This document shows positions 44,138 through 58,499 of a stretch of 64,000 bases of DNA, in pieces; position 1 is the first letter of the stretch, and every line of letters begins with the position of its first letter. Below the pieces are notes generated by a model that saw only the letters and a list, made by a program, of their open reading frames with translations, ran no database searches and was not told the DNA's origin. A program made the position numbers and the translations under genes. This DNA is from Eledone cirrhosa (taxonomy: Eukaryota): contig CAXHJY010000301.1 of assembly GCA_964016885.1 (NCBI GenBank), positions 1 through 64,000 on the forward strand. The letters are read 5' to 3'.

Positions 44138-44602
44138 TTGCATTATAACCAGCGGACTAACGCACAGAATAATTGTAACTGTAGAGCTAATAGAACCTGC
44201 CCTTTAGATAAAAAATGCCTAACCAAGGATGTCATATACTCATGCACAGTCATGACTAATAACTCTTCAGAAACCTATGTAGGCTCCACTTCTAACTGCT
44301 TCAAAATCAGATATAACTCGCACATCCACTCGTTCAAAAAGCACAGCCTAGCCAACTCCACCTCACTTTCTAGCTACATACACTATCTAAAATCTAAAAA
44401 TAAACCATACACACTCAAATGGGAAGTGATAGGCAGCGCGACCTCGTACAAACCACCTAATAAATTCTGTAACCTCTGTATACTAGAGACACACAATATT
44501 ATCTTCTCCAACCGTAACCTTCTTAACAAAAAATCTGAGGTGTTTGCAACTTGCCAGCACCGCCTCAGACATTCCTTCCAAAACTTTAAGCCCTATATAT
44601 AG
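44138..44602 (+). CDS. PLE GIY-YIG endonuclease fragment
   Basis: CNCRANRTCPLDKKC; VIY..YVGST..FKIRYNSH; CNLCILE..LNKKSE..CQH; mirrored on the minus strand at ~43680-44102. Confidence 0.85.
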   Translation: MHYNQRTNAQNNCNCRANRTCPLDKKCLTKDVIYSCTVMTNNSSETYVGSTSNCFKIRYNSHIHSFKKHSLANSTSLSSYIHYLKSKNKPYTLKWEVIGSATSYKPPNKFCNLCILETHNIIFSNRNLLNKKSEVFATCQHRLRHSFQNFKPYI

Positions 44603-46044
44603 CAATGTCGGACTGGAACCCAACACCACATCTAGCATCAAACACCAGAGACACACCCTATACTACATACCCAACACTAGCTGATCCATTATAACACAAA
44701 CAACGACATCCTCTGGAACCCTTCGCAGGGAAAATACCCATTTATACCTCTACGGCAGGTGTGACAACATCCACCCACTTGGACGGCACTACACCGCTCT
44801 AAGGGTAATTTGAGCATGAATTGATCGGTTGGATGGTGTTGGGCAGAGGAAACACCTTCCTTAGACAGATGTAAAATGATTTAATCGAGTAGCGCTGTTG
44901 ACCAGTAGGACCCGGCTGCAGAGCGCAGTGAGTGAATGCAATGCAACTGCCGTGCGGGTTGTACGTATATGGATGATCTGACGGTCAGAGAGGGGTCGCG
45001 AGGACTGCGGATTGACCTTTGGCCTGCCTGGGGACGATTATCTTTCGACATCCAATGTAGCAAGTGATGACCCAGATCTTACCAGAGATCATTGGGTCCT
45101 GAAGCAATCCTGCAATCACCGCGCCTGGCCATATGAGCAGACTACAACCACAGAGAGCATTAATTTAGAATCCTCGCTCATCATCTATAATTTCCATTTG
45201 TAGCACCTTATGATGGGTTAATCCACCTTAATAATAATATGATCACCTTCAGCATAATTTAGTTAAACCACTCTTTAGTTAGTACACTTTATGCTTTAAA
45301 AGTCTCTCTTGGAAGGTGCACCTCACCATAGAATTTAGGGTCTATATTGGGACACATTTTAATGGCTAGATATGGAAACCCCAGAGTTACCTCCCCGCAT
45401 GCATTAACTCCCCTTAGCCACACACACACTTCCGGTATTCAATGGCGTTTCTCGAAACGTAACAACCTCCTGTATCGAACTAAAGAACACCAGACTACGA
45501 TCTCTAACTGGATTGTCGTGGATTATGTGAAAGGCATATAATCGAAATATACACTCCCTTGACCATGAAAATGCCGAAGTACATGAATTACTTGACATCC
45601 CTGCGCTGTGCATCTCCAATACTTATAACACTTTTAATGCTTACACTATCTTTAATGCTTATAATATTTCTCCACACACAGACTACATCAATCATATAAA
45701 GACTTTGCCACCAGATCTACCAACCAAACACTCTTATTTACCTACCTAAGTGCCTCTACCACACATATCTCTCTGCCACACTATATAAACAAGACGCACA
45801 TGAGCGCCACACATATAACATTTGCACTATATAACCACTTATCTTCATGTTGTACTTTAACCTATATCTTTGATTTTTGATTGTACCTATTAATATAAAT
45901 GTAATCTCGAAGTGTGTACTGCCACTCTAAATTCTGTAATGAATGTCGACCCACAATGTTTGAATATGTATCAATGTTTGAATATGTATTGGTATGTCTC
46001 TCGGCTGAAAAGGAGGTCATATAACTGTCCATGCATTAATAAAT

Positions 46045-46091
46045 TGCTCCGAAGAATCCAAACCTCGGTTTGGAGGAAACAGCTGTAAGCA
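46045..46091 (+). ncRNA. Type I hammerhead, C4 variant (family 5, mirror copy)
   Basis: tgctccgaagaatccaaacctcggtttggaggaaacagctgtaagca. Confidence 0.7.
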
Positions 46092-46155
46092 CAATAATGT
46101 TTTGAACAGTTCTTTGATTCTTATATTTCATATATTTCATATATATATATATATG

Positions 46156-46316
<161 letters not shown>

Positions 46317-46323
46317 GTATATG

Positions 46324-46439
<116 letters not shown>

Positions 46440-46591
46440 TGTATGTATATATATATGTATGTATATATAAATATATATGTATGTATATATATATGTATGT
46501 ATATATATATATATATGTATGTATATATAAATATATATGTATGTATATATATATATGTACGTATATATATATATATATATGTATGTATATA

Positions 46592-46636
<45 letters not shown>

Positions 46637-46685
46637 ATATATATATATATGTATGTATATATATATATATGTATGTATATATATA

Positions 46686-48487
46686 TCATCATCATCATCA
46701 TCATCACCGTTTTACGTCCGTTCTTCCACGCTAGCATGGGTTAGACGGGTTGTCCTGTTGTGGGCAGTGTCTGGTCGGCTGACCATGCCTTGCTCATACA
46801 GGAACTGATCTGGCTTGATTTCTACAGCTGGATGCCCTTCCTAACACCAACCTCATTTACAGTGAGTGCTGGGTGCTTTTTCGTGGCGCCTACACGTCCA
46901 CTTTACAGTGTGGGCTGGGTGCTTTTTTGCCGTGGCACCTCCACGACCACCTTGCGGTGGGGGGGGGGGGCATATTGTTTATATGCATCAGCATGTACCC
47001 ATGGGAGGTCGGGTACCCTGTATTACTGCGTGACGCCAGAAGTCACGGTCGTGTGTCATTGACTTTGAGAGGTGTAGTTGGGTAAGGTCGGCTTTTATCA
47101 CCTCATCCCAAGTCATCTTGGGTCTCCCCACTCCGCGGTTTCCATCAACTTCTAGTGCTCTGCACCTTTTTATGCAGCTGTCATCCTTCATACGCATCAC
47201 ATGTCCATACCAGCGTAACCGCCTCTCCTGCACGCAGCATTTGATTCCTCTTATGCTCAGTCTCTCTCTCAATTCATTTATGCTTTGTCGTTCACGTATA
47301 TTACTGTTACACATCCATCGGAGCATGCAGGCTTCGTTTCTCTCTAATCTACGTAAGTCTTCCACCTTCAGCGCCCAGGTCTCACTACCATGCAACATCG
47401 CTGTTCGGATACACGCATCATACAGTCTGCCTTTCATTCTGAGGGAGAAGCCTTTTGCAGCTAGCAGTGGTAGTAGTTCCCTAAACTTCTTCCATCCCGT
47501 TCTTACCCTAGTTATTGTACTTTCTGAGCACCCACCTCCGTTGCTAATTCGGTCACCTAGGTAGCAGAAGCTGTCTACTGTTTCTACAGGGCCCTCCCAG
47601 AGATTGGTGGTACTTGTTTCCTGTGGCTGTTTGCTTGCTGTTTCAGCACAGCTGCTGCATGTGAATCCTACATTCTTAATTAAGCTTCCTGAGATCCCGC
47701 TACATCTCTTGTGTACCCATTGTTTGCATTTGGGGCAAAGAATGGAGTTCCTACCTACACCTTTCCTACATACTGAGCAAGGCCATTTCCCTGAGGGGAT
47801 CTGGGTTCTGTTTTCTCGTCTACTTATAAGGACCTTAGTCTTTGTCATGTTGACTTTGAGGCCCTTTCTCTCTAGTCCCTGCTTCCAGGTTTGGAATTTA
47901 TTCTCTAGTTCTACCATAGATTCAGCTATGAGTGCGAGGTCATCAGCATACAGGAGTTCCCATGGGCATCCGGTCTTAAACTCCTCCGTTATTGCCTGCA
48001 GGACTATGATGAACAGGAGAGGGCTAAGAACAGAGCCCTGGTGGACCCCAACCTGTACGCTAAATTCCTCGCTATACTCATTGCCAATCCTAACTTTGCT
48101 GACTGCTCCCCTATACATGGCTTGTACCGCTTTCACAAGCCATTCATCTACTCCTAGTTTTCTAAGAGCCCACCAGATTACTGCACGTGGAACTCTGTCA
48201 AAGGCTTTCTCAAGGTCGACAAATGCCAAGTAGAGTGGCTTACTTTTAGCTAGGTACTTTTCCTGTAATTGCCTCACAAGGAAGAGCGCATCAGTGGTGC
48301 CTTTCCCTGGAACAAACCCAAATTGCATCTCGTCTATATTCACCCGGTCCCTAATCAGCTGTGCTATAACTCTTTCTGTTACTTTCATGACCTGGTCCAT
48401 CAACTTTATACCTCTATAGTTTCCTCTATCTAGTGCATCGCCTTTACCTTTGTAGCAGTTGACAATGATGCTACTGCACCAATCTTT
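46686..48487 (-). mobile_element. RTE LINE family B, 5'-truncated
   Basis: ORF 46988-48403 with YADD; near-identical to the copy at 31508. Confidence 0.96.
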
Positions 48488-48784
48488 ATATATGTATATA
48501 TATATATATGTATATATATATGTATGTATATATATATATATGTATGTATATATATATATATGTATGTATATATATATATATGTATGTATATATATATATA
48601 TGTATGTATATATATATATATGTATGTATATATATATATATGTATGTATATATATATATATGTATGTATGTATATATATATGTATGTATATATATATATA
48701 TGTATGTATATATATATATATGTATGTATATATATATATATGTATGTATATATATATATATGTATGTATATATATATATGTATG

Positions 48785-48815
<31 letters not shown>

Positions 48816-48829
48816 ATATATATGTATGT

Positions 48830-48860
<31 letters not shown>

Positions 48861-48916
48861 TGTATATATATATATATATATATGTGTATATATATATATG
48901 TATGTATATATATATG

Positions 48917-48957
<41 letters not shown>

Positions 48958-49464
48958 GTATGTATATATGTATATATATGTATATATATATGTATGTATA
49001 TATATATGTATATATATGTATATATATATGTATGTATATATATATATATATATATGTGTATATATATATATGTATGTATATATATATATATGTATGTATA
49101 TATATATATATGTATGTATATATATATATATATTATATATATATATATATATGTGTATATATATATGTATGTATATATATATATATGTATGTATATATAT
49201 ATATATATTATGTATATATATATATATGTATGTATATATATATATGTATGTATATATATATGTATGTATATATATATATGTATGTATATATATATATATG
49301 TATGTATATATATATGTATGTATATATATATATGTATGTATGTATATATGTATGTATATGTATATATATATATATGTATATATATATATGTATGTATATA
49401 TATATATATATGTATGTATATAATAAATAACAAAGAACGCCTATAGCATATGCATATCTTTACT

Positions 49465-49510
49465 TGCTAACATTGTTTCATCCGCACTATAAGTGGGACT
49501 CATCAGAGCA
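49465..49510 (-). ncRNA. Type I hammerhead (family 6) in a short insert at 49423-49700
   Basis: UGCU CUGAUGA GUCC-CAC-uuaua-GUG-c-GGAU GAA AC-aau-GU U AGCA. Confidence 0.8.
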
Positions 49511-49712
49511 TAAAGGTTAATTACATACCATACAAGCAATAACAAATCCAAGACATTGAAGAATGAAAAATAATAGAAGATAAAGGATATTAAGGAAGTA
49601 AAAGTAAAAATAAGAATAGAAATAAAAATAAAAATAAAAATAAAAATAAAAATAAAAATAAAAATAAAAATAAAATAATAAAATAAACAATGAAAAATAA
49701 TATATATGTATG

Positions 49713-49743
<31 letters not shown>

Positions 49744-49758
49744 ATATATATATGTATG

Positions 49759-49789
<31 letters not shown>

Positions 49790-49802
49790 ATATATATGTA
49801 TG

Positions 49803-49833
<31 letters not shown>

Positions 49834-49843
49834 ATATGTATAT

Positions 49844-49881
<38 letters not shown>

Positions 49882-49922
49882 GTATATATATATATATATG
49901 TATGTATATATATATATATATG

Positions 49923-49969
<47 letters not shown>

Positions 49970-50034
49970 GGTTTAGTAAATAATGAAAAAGTTTCAAAAT
50001 AAATTAAAAAAAATTGACTTTACCTACTATAGTC

Positions 50035-50118
50035 ACCTTTACCGATCGGTTTCGAATCCCAAAAATAAAACGGAGACCATACGGCCTTCATTACAAAGAA
50101 AGATTCTCGTCAGAAGGT
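50035..50118 (-). ncRNA. Type I hammerhead with extended stem-loop II (family 7, copy 1)
   Basis: ACCUU CUGACGA GAAUC-(~43 nt)-GAUUC GAA ACCG-au-CGGU A AAGGU. Confidence 0.8.
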
Positions 50119-50517
50119 TCTTTTCATTCAAAGAATATAAAATTCCTGAATTTAAATCACAAACTAGCGCTATCAAAAACTGTTCCTGGGATGAGAGTGG
50201 ATGATGTAGAACAGGTTTATCAAGGGCCGTAGCAAAGATAGAGGCAAAAGGAGGTAGGTCAAACTATCCACCGCTATTGCTAGCAGCATTCGGAATGACC
50301 CGGTTTGTTCTCAACGTTAGTGGAGGTAGTAGTAATATGAAATACGTTCCTTCACGCACAAGGCGCCAAGGTACGCATGTATTGTCCAACCAAGTGCCAG
50401 TGAGGTTCAATGGCGGGTTAATAAATTAACGAGCCAGAACAAATATAAACAAGGTTTAGTAAATAATGAAAAAGTTTCAAAATAAATTAAAAAAAATTGA
50501 CTTTACCTACTATAGTC

Positions 50518-50601
50518 ACCTTTACCGATCGGTTTCGAATCCCAAAAATAAAACGGAGACCATACGGCCTTCGTTGCAAAGAAAGAGTCTCGTCAGAAGG
50601 T
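50518..50601 (-). ncRNA. Type I hammerhead with extended stem-loop II (family 7, copy 2)
   Basis: Same motif; stem II reads GACUC/GAUUC (one mismatch). Confidence 0.7.
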
Positions 50602-50857
50602 TCTTTTCATTCAAAGAATATAAAATTCCTGAATTTAAATCACAAACTAGCGCTATCAAAAACTGTTCCTGGGATGAGAGTGGATGATGTAGAACAGGTT
50701 TATCAAGGGCCGTAGTAAAGATAGAGGCAAAAGGAGGTAGGTCAAACTAGCCACCGCTATTGCTAGCAGCAGTCGGAATGACCCAGTTTGTTCTCAACGT
50801 TAGTGGAGGTATATATGAATGTATATATATATATATGTATGTATATATATATATATA

Positions 50858-50888
<31 letters not shown>

Positions 50889-50911
50889 GTGTGTATATAT
50901 ATATATGTATG

Positions 50912-50976
<65 letters not shown>

Positions 50977-51129
50977 ATATATATATATAAATGTATGTAT
51001 ATATATATATATAAATGTATGTATATATATATATATAAATGTATGTATATATATATATATAAATGTATGTATGTATATATATATATATATGTATGTATGT
51101 ATGTATATATATATATATAAATGTATGTA

Positions 51130-51220
<91 letters not shown>

Positions 51221-51229
51221 GTATGTATG

Positions 51230-51267
<38 letters not shown>

Positions 51268-51269
51268 TG

Positions 51270-51302
<33 letters not shown>

Positions 51303-51305
51303 GTA

Positions 51306-51341
<36 letters not shown>

Positions 51342-51343
51342 TG

Positions 51344-51375
<32 letters not shown>

Positions 51376-51385
51376 TGTATATATA

Positions 51386-51421
<36 letters not shown>

Positions 51422-51593
51422 TATATATATATGTATGTATGTATGTATATATGTATATATATATATGTATGTATGTATGTATATATATATATGTATGTAT
51501 GTATGTATGTATATATATATATATATATGTATGTATATATATATATATATGTATGTATGTATATATATATATATATGTATGTATGTATGTATG

Positions 51594-51624
<31 letters not shown>

Positions 51625-51685
51625 GTATGTATATATATATATATATGTATGTATGTATATATATATATATATGTATGTATGTATA

Positions 51686-51718
<33 letters not shown>

Positions 51719-51789
51719 ATATATATATATAAATGTATGTATGTATATATATATATATAAATGTATGTATGTATATATATATATATGTA

Positions 51790-51820
<31 letters not shown>

Positions 51821-51824
51821 TAAT

Positions 51825-51862
<38 letters not shown>

Positions 51863-51913
51863 ATATATGTATATATATATATATATATGTATGTATATAT
51901 ATATATATGTATA

Positions 51914-51956
<43 letters not shown>

Positions 51957-52086
51957 ATATATATATATATGTATATATGTATATATGTATATATGTATAT
52001 ATATATATATATATATATTGTATATATGTATATATATATATATGTATGTATATATATATATGTATGTATATATATATGTATGTATA

Positions 52087-53476
52087 TCATCATCATCATC
52101 ATCATCAACGTTTAACGTCCGTGTTCCACGCTTGCATGGGTTTGGACGGGGGTAGTCCCACTTGAGGCAAGAGTGATTGTCTTGCTCGCATAGGACTGTC
52201 TGGCAGGTTTTCTACAGTTGGATGCCCTTCCTAACACCAACCACATTTACAGTGTGGGTCTGGGAGGTTTTTACCGTGTTGCCTACACGGCCACATTACA
52301 GCGTGGACTGTGTGTTTTTTTGTCGTGACACCTACACGATCTCATTTGTTTCGGCCTCGATGGCGCGGCACCAACATAACTTTACATAGAACGGGGTGGT
52401 GTGGATCGGGTGGGGGTGGTGGTGGTGGGACGGGGTGTATTTTGTTAGAGATGCCTACTGGCTGGAGTAGGTTTTACTATATATTTAGGTAAGGCGGGTC
52501 TTCTCTGTTACTGAGTACCGCCAAAGGTCTCGGTCCAGTGACATTGTCTTGGAGAGGTGTAAGTGTGTGATGTCGGAGTTTATCAGCTCGTCCCAGGTTT
52601 TTCTAGGTCTGCCTATTCCGTGACTACCGTCTATCTTTATTGCCCTGCACTTTGTTATACAGCTATCGACTTTCATGCGCATCACGTGTCCATACCAACG
52701 TAGCCTTCTCTCGAGTAAACAACATCTGATCCCTCTTATCTCTAATTTTTTCCTTAGTTCGTTTATGCTTTGCCGTTCACGTATATTACTGTTACACATC
52801 CAGCGGAGCATGCAAGCTTCGTTCCTCTCTAGTCTGCGTATATCCTCTGCACACAATGCCCAGGTCTCACTGCCATGCAGCATTGCTGTTCGTATGCAGG
52901 CATCGTACAACCTGCCTTTCATTTTTAGTGAGAACCCTTTAGCAGCTAATAGTGGTATAAGCTCTCTGAACTTTTTCCAACCAGTTCTGACTCTAGCTAC
53001 AGTACTTTCAGAACACCCTCCCCCACTGCTGATTTTATCGCCCAGGTAACGGAAGCTGTCCACTATTTCTATAGAACCCTCTGCGCAATTGAAAGAGCTA
53101 GTAGTTTGTGGGCACTTGCTGCTACTTATTGCACCAGAGCACCGGCCACATGTAAAATCTATGTTCTTAGTTAGCTTACCTGTGATCCCACTACATCTTT
53201 TATGCACCCATACTTTGCATTTAGGACATAAAATGGAGTTTCTACCTACGCCTTTCCTACACACCGAGCACGACCATTTCCCAGAAGGGACCGCCGCCTT
53301 GTTTTCTTTCCTACAAACTAGTACTTTGGTCTTAGCCAGGTTAATTTTAAGTCCTTTTGACTCTAGGCCGTGCTTCCATGTTTGGAATTTCTTCTCTAGC
53401 TTGGCCATTGATTCCGCTATGAGTGTCAGGTCGTCTGCGTATAGGAGTTCCCATGGGCAGCCTGTCTTGAACTCCT
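52087..53476 (-). mobile_element. RTE LINE family A, 5'-truncated
   Basis: ORF 52485-53408; YADD just upstream; (CAT)n tail. Confidence 0.95.
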
Positions 53477-53673
53477 ATATATATATATATATATATATGT
53501 ACGTATATATATATATATGTATGTATATATATATATGTATGTATATATATATGTATGTATATATATATGTATGTATATATATATGTATGTGTATATATAT
53601 ATGTATGTATATATATATATATGTATGTATATATATATATATATATATGTATGTATATATATATATATGTATG

Positions 53674-53706
<33 letters not shown>

Positions 53707-53763
53707 GTATGTATATATGTATGTATATATGTATATATATATGTATGTATATATATATATATG

Positions 53764-53794
<31 letters not shown>

Positions 53795-53798
<4 letters not shown>

Positions 53799-56179
53799 CA
53801 CTACGAAAGTGTCACTACGAAAGGCTTCTAAATGAGGAGAACAAATGGGAGAAAGACAGTCTCCCCCACATCGACCCAATAGAGGGACCAGCAGTGTTAG
53901 TCCAGGGTAGTACAATAAGTAAGGCAATCAAAGATATGAAGACGGGTAAGGCGGCTGGTCCTTCGGAAATAGTTGCTGAGATGCTGAAGGCATCTGGTTC
54001 GGTGGGACACACCATGGTCACCCGGATAGTTAACCAAGTCGTACAGAATGGGGTTGTTCCGAAGGACTGGCGTAGCAGCATCATCGTTAACTGCTATAAG
54101 GGAAAAGGAGATGCCCTAGATAGGAGTAACTATAGAGGCATTAAATTAATCGACCAGGTCATGAAGGTCACGGAAAAAGTAATAGCGCAACTAATCAGAG
54201 AGAGAATTGATCTAGATGAAATGCAGTTCGGGTTTGTGTCAGGCAAAAGTACCACAGACGCTCTTTTCATTGTACGACAACTACAGGAGAAGTACCTAGC
54301 TAAAAGTAAACCCCTATACTTAGCTTTCCTCGACTTGGAGAAAGCCTTCGACAGAGTCCCCCGTTCCATTATCTGGTGGTCTCTTAGAAAACTAGGTGTT
54401 GACGAATGGCTTGTGAGAGCTATACAAGCCATGTATAAAGAAACAGTCAGTAAGGTTAAATTAACAACGAATATAGTGAAGAGTTTAGCGTAAAAGTTGG
54501 TGTCCATCAGGGCTCTGTTCTTAGCCCCCTACTATTTATTATTGCCCTTCAGGCTATAACACAGGAGTTCAAGACCGGCTGCCCATGGGAACTCCTATAC
54601 GCAGATGATCTAACGCTCATAGCTGAATCAATGACCGAAGTAGAGAAGAAATTCCAAACATGGAAGCACGGCCTAGAATCAAAAGGCCTTAAAATTAACC
54701 TGGCTAAGACAAAAGTTCTAGTTTGTAGGAAAGAAAATATGGCGGCAGTTCCATCTGGGAAATGGCCATGCTCAGTGTGTAGGAAAGGCGTAGGTAGAAA
54801 CTCCATTTTATGTCCCAAATGCAAAGTATGGGTGCATAAAAGATGTAGTGGGATCACAGGTAAGCTAACTAAGAACATAGATTTTACATGTGGCCGGTGC
54901 TCTGGTGCAATAAGTAGCAGCAAGTGCCCACAAAATACTAGCTCCTTCAACTGCGCAGAGGGTTCTATAGAAATAGTGGACAGCTTCCGTTACCTGGGTG
55001 ACAAAATCAGCAGTGAGGGAGGGTGCTCTGAAAGTACAGTAGCTAGAGTCAGAACTGGATGGAAAAAGTTCAGAGAGCTTATACCACTATTAGCCGCTAG
55101 AGGGTTCTCCCTAAAAATGAAAGGCAGGTTATACGATGCCTGCATACGAACAGCAATGCTGCATGGCAGTGAGACCTGGGCATTGTGTGCAGAGGATATA
55201 CGCAGACTAGAGAGGAACGAAGCTTGCATGCTCCGCTGGATGTGCAATAGTAATATACGTGAACGGCAAAGCATAAACGAACTAAGGAAAAAATTAGAAA
55301 TAAGAGGGATCAGATGTTGTTTACTCGAGAGAAGGCTACGTTGGTACGGTCACGTGATGCGCGTGAAAGACGACAGCTGTATAACAAAGTGCAGGGCAAT
55401 AAAGATAGACGGTAGCCACGGAGTAGGCAGACCCAGAAAAACATGGGACGAGCTGATAAATTCCGACCTCACACGCTTACACCTCTCCAAGACAATGTCA
55501 CTGGACCGAGACCTTTGGCGGTACTCAGTAATAGAGAAGACCCGCCTTACCTAAATACAAAGTAAAAACCTACTACAGTCAGTAGGCATCTCTATCAAAA
55601 CACCCCCCCGTGCCACCACCTCCACCCCATCCACACCGCCCCTTTCAATGTACAGTTATGTTGGTCCCACAACATCCAGGCCGAAACAAATGAGATCGTG
55701 TAGGTGTCACGACAAAAAAACACACAGTCCACGCTGTAAATGTGGCCGTGTAGGCAACACGGTAAAAACCTCCCAGCCCCACACTGTAAATGTGGTTGGT
55801 GTTAGGAAGGGCATCCAGCTGTAGAAAACCCGCCAGACAGTCCATGCTGTAATGTGGCTGTGTAGGCAACACGGTAAAAACCTCCCAGTCCCACACTGTA
55901 AATGTGGTTGGTGTTAGGAAGGGCATCCAGCTGTAGAAAACCCGCCAGACAGTCCACGCTGTAATGTGGCTGTGTAGGCAACACGGTAAAAACCTCCCAG
56001 CCCCACACTGTAAATGTGGTTGGTGTTAGGAAGGGCATCCAACTGTAGAAAACCCGCCAGACAGTCCTATGCGAGCAAGACAACCACTCTTGCCTCAAGT
56101 GGGAAAACCCCCGTCCAAACCCATGCAAGCGTGGAACACGGACGCTAAACCTGATGATGATGATGATGATGATGATGAT
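53795..56179 (+). mobile_element. RTE LINE family A', 5'-truncated, one frameshift (~54460)
   Basis: RT split between ORFs ending at 54493 and 55554; YADD at ~54600; (TGA)n tail; 112-bp triplication in the 3' UTR. Confidence 0.95.
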
Positions 56180-56204
56180 ATGTATATATATGTATGTATA
56201 TATG

Positions 56205-56235
<31 letters not shown>

Positions 56236-56248
56236 GTATGTATATATG

Positions 56249-56279
<31 letters not shown>

Positions 56280-56292
56280 GTATGTATATATG

Positions 56293-56325
<33 letters not shown>

Positions 56326-56351
56326 GTATATATATTATATATATATATATC

Positions 56352-56384
<33 letters not shown>

Positions 56385-56507
56385 GTATATATATGTATGT
56401 ATATATGTATATATATATATATGTATATATATATATGTATGTATATATATATATATGTATGTATGTATATATATATATATGTATGTATATATGTATATAT
56501 ATATATG

Positions 56508-56552
<45 letters not shown>

Positions 56553-56600
56553 ATATATATATTATATATATATATTGTATGTATGTATGTATGTATGTAT

Positions 56601-56659
<59 letters not shown>

Positions 56660-56689
56660 TATGTCTTTATATATATATATATATATATA

Positions 56690-57545
56690 TTTTAAAAATC
56701 TTATTCCTAACATTAGCCGTAGGATTTCTACTTTATCTTCGTCTATAGACATTTTTAATAAAGCCGCCCCTTATTATAATAAAGCCCTTAAGAACAGCGG
56801 TTTTACAGAAAATATTTCTTATTTACCTATTCCCCCCCCTAAAACTAACCATAATAACAGGAAAAGGAAGATTATTTGGTTCACACCCCCCTTCTCTCTA
56901 AATGTCAAAACTAATGTAGGAAGGAAATTCCTTGAACTATTAGACAAACATTTTCCTCCTATTCATAGATATTATAAGATTTTTAATAGGAATGTAGTTA
57001 AGATCAGCTACTCTTGTTGTCCATCCATGAAATCCAAAATCACCAGTTCAAACCGTACGAGGATAAATCCAGGATGCAGTTGCAGGAAGCCGGATGAATG
57101 CCCATTGCAGAGTAAATGTAAAACAAAATCTGTCGTTTATGAGGCTAAAATAACGCCAGTTATCAACAACCAGCCAGCCAGAAGCGAGCGATATGTCGGT
57201 ATGACCCAGGACAGGTTTAAAACCAGATTTTACTCACATGTCGCTTCTTTTAAACACTCAGATAAACGAACATCAACGGCCCTCGCAAGTAAGGTATGGG
57301 ATCTCAAGGATAGTAATATCCCGTACTCTATTGATTGGTCTATATTAGACCATTCGAGGGAGTACCAAAGGGGCACAAAGAATTGTTCTTTGTGTACCAC
57401 AGAAAAGTATAGGATTTTGCTAAACTTGAGAGACACTTCCGCTTGCCTTAACTCTAAGACTGAGATCTTCAGATGCTGTCCTCATCTGAAATCGCATCTG
57501 ATCTGTAACTGGATTGACACTCCTACGATAAATCAACCGCCTTGA
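56690..57545 (+). CDS. PLE ORF C-terminus (RT thumb, CxCx5Cx5C, GIY-YIG)
   Basis: [43 protein letters not shown]; [15 protein letters not shown]; [16 protein letters not shown]; [17 protein letters not shown]. Confidence 0.9.
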
Positions 57546-57834
57546 ACTCCTTCTCTGCTCTTTACTTTTGCTACGGCTTTTATTTTGCTGCTTCTACCTT
57601 CTGTACTCTTGTATTTAAAAAATATATTTTTTTCTCCCTTACCTCCCTTTATATTTTTACCTCCTCTAGGCCCCCCCACCCCATATATTCTTTTTGTTTT
57701 GCCCTTCACATACCTATGTGTATGTGTATGTATTTTTGTGTGTATATATGTATATGTGTACGTATATGTTTGTGTATGTATATATATGTGTATGTATGTG
57801 TGTATATGTATGTGTGTGTATATGTGTATATATG

Positions 57835-57874
<40 letters not shown>

Positions 57875-57945
57875 TATATATATATATGTATATATATATA
57901 TATGTGTGTGTGCGTGTCTGTATGTGTGTATATATTTGTATATTT

Positions 57946-57999
57946 CATTCTGAAGATTGAAGGAAACTTTTTTTGCTTTTAAGAAACCTCTGGTGAATG
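57946..57999 (+). ncRNA. Degenerate type I hammerhead (family 8, GUG triplet, probably inactive)
   Basis: CAUU CUGAAGA ...GAA ACC-ucu-GGU G AAUG; G17 violates the NUH rule. Confidence 0.6.
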
Positions 58000-58460
58000 G
58001 ATTAATTGCCTTGTATGGCTTTATTACTTTACTACTATATATACGTTTATGTAAGGTTCATTTGTCTTATCTAATACTGAGCTTTACACATACACACATG
58101 TATATGTGTGTGTGTATGTGTATGCATGTGTGTATGTGTACGTGTACGTGTGTATATATATATATATGTGTATATATTTGTGTATATATATGTGTGTATA
58201 TATATATATGTATGTGTATATGTGTATATATGTATATGTACGTGTATGTATGTATATGTTGCGTGTGTTTTTATTTATTTTTATGTATGTGTGGGTTTGT
58301 GTGTGGGTGTGTGTGTGTGTATATATGTGTGTGTGTTTGTATTTGGTTGTGCGTTCTTTTGATATATACGTATTTGCATGTGTATAATTGTTTAGCTATG
58401 TATGTATATGTGTGTTTACGTATTTATATGTGTGTGTGCGTTTATATTTTTATATTTTTG

Positions 58461-58499
<39 letters not shown>

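Larger units (their letters stand above)
41986..46134. mobile_element. Penelope-like element as a ~4-kb palindrome
   Basis: Arms 42147-44102 and 44180-46134, 77-bp spacer, unique tail 41986-42146; GIY-YIG coding sequence at the centre in both orientations. Confidence 0.9.
49964..50810 (-). repeat. 483-bp tandem repeat x1.75 with a hammerhead per unit (retrozyme-like)
   Basis: Duplicate ORFs 49983 / 50466 and 50014 / 50497 are offset by 483 bp. Confidence 0.88.

Noticed and set aside
52087-56179. Head-to-head RTE copies as one fold-back element
   Set aside because: The copies differ at many sites, have different truncation points and are separated by a TA array, so they are two insertions.
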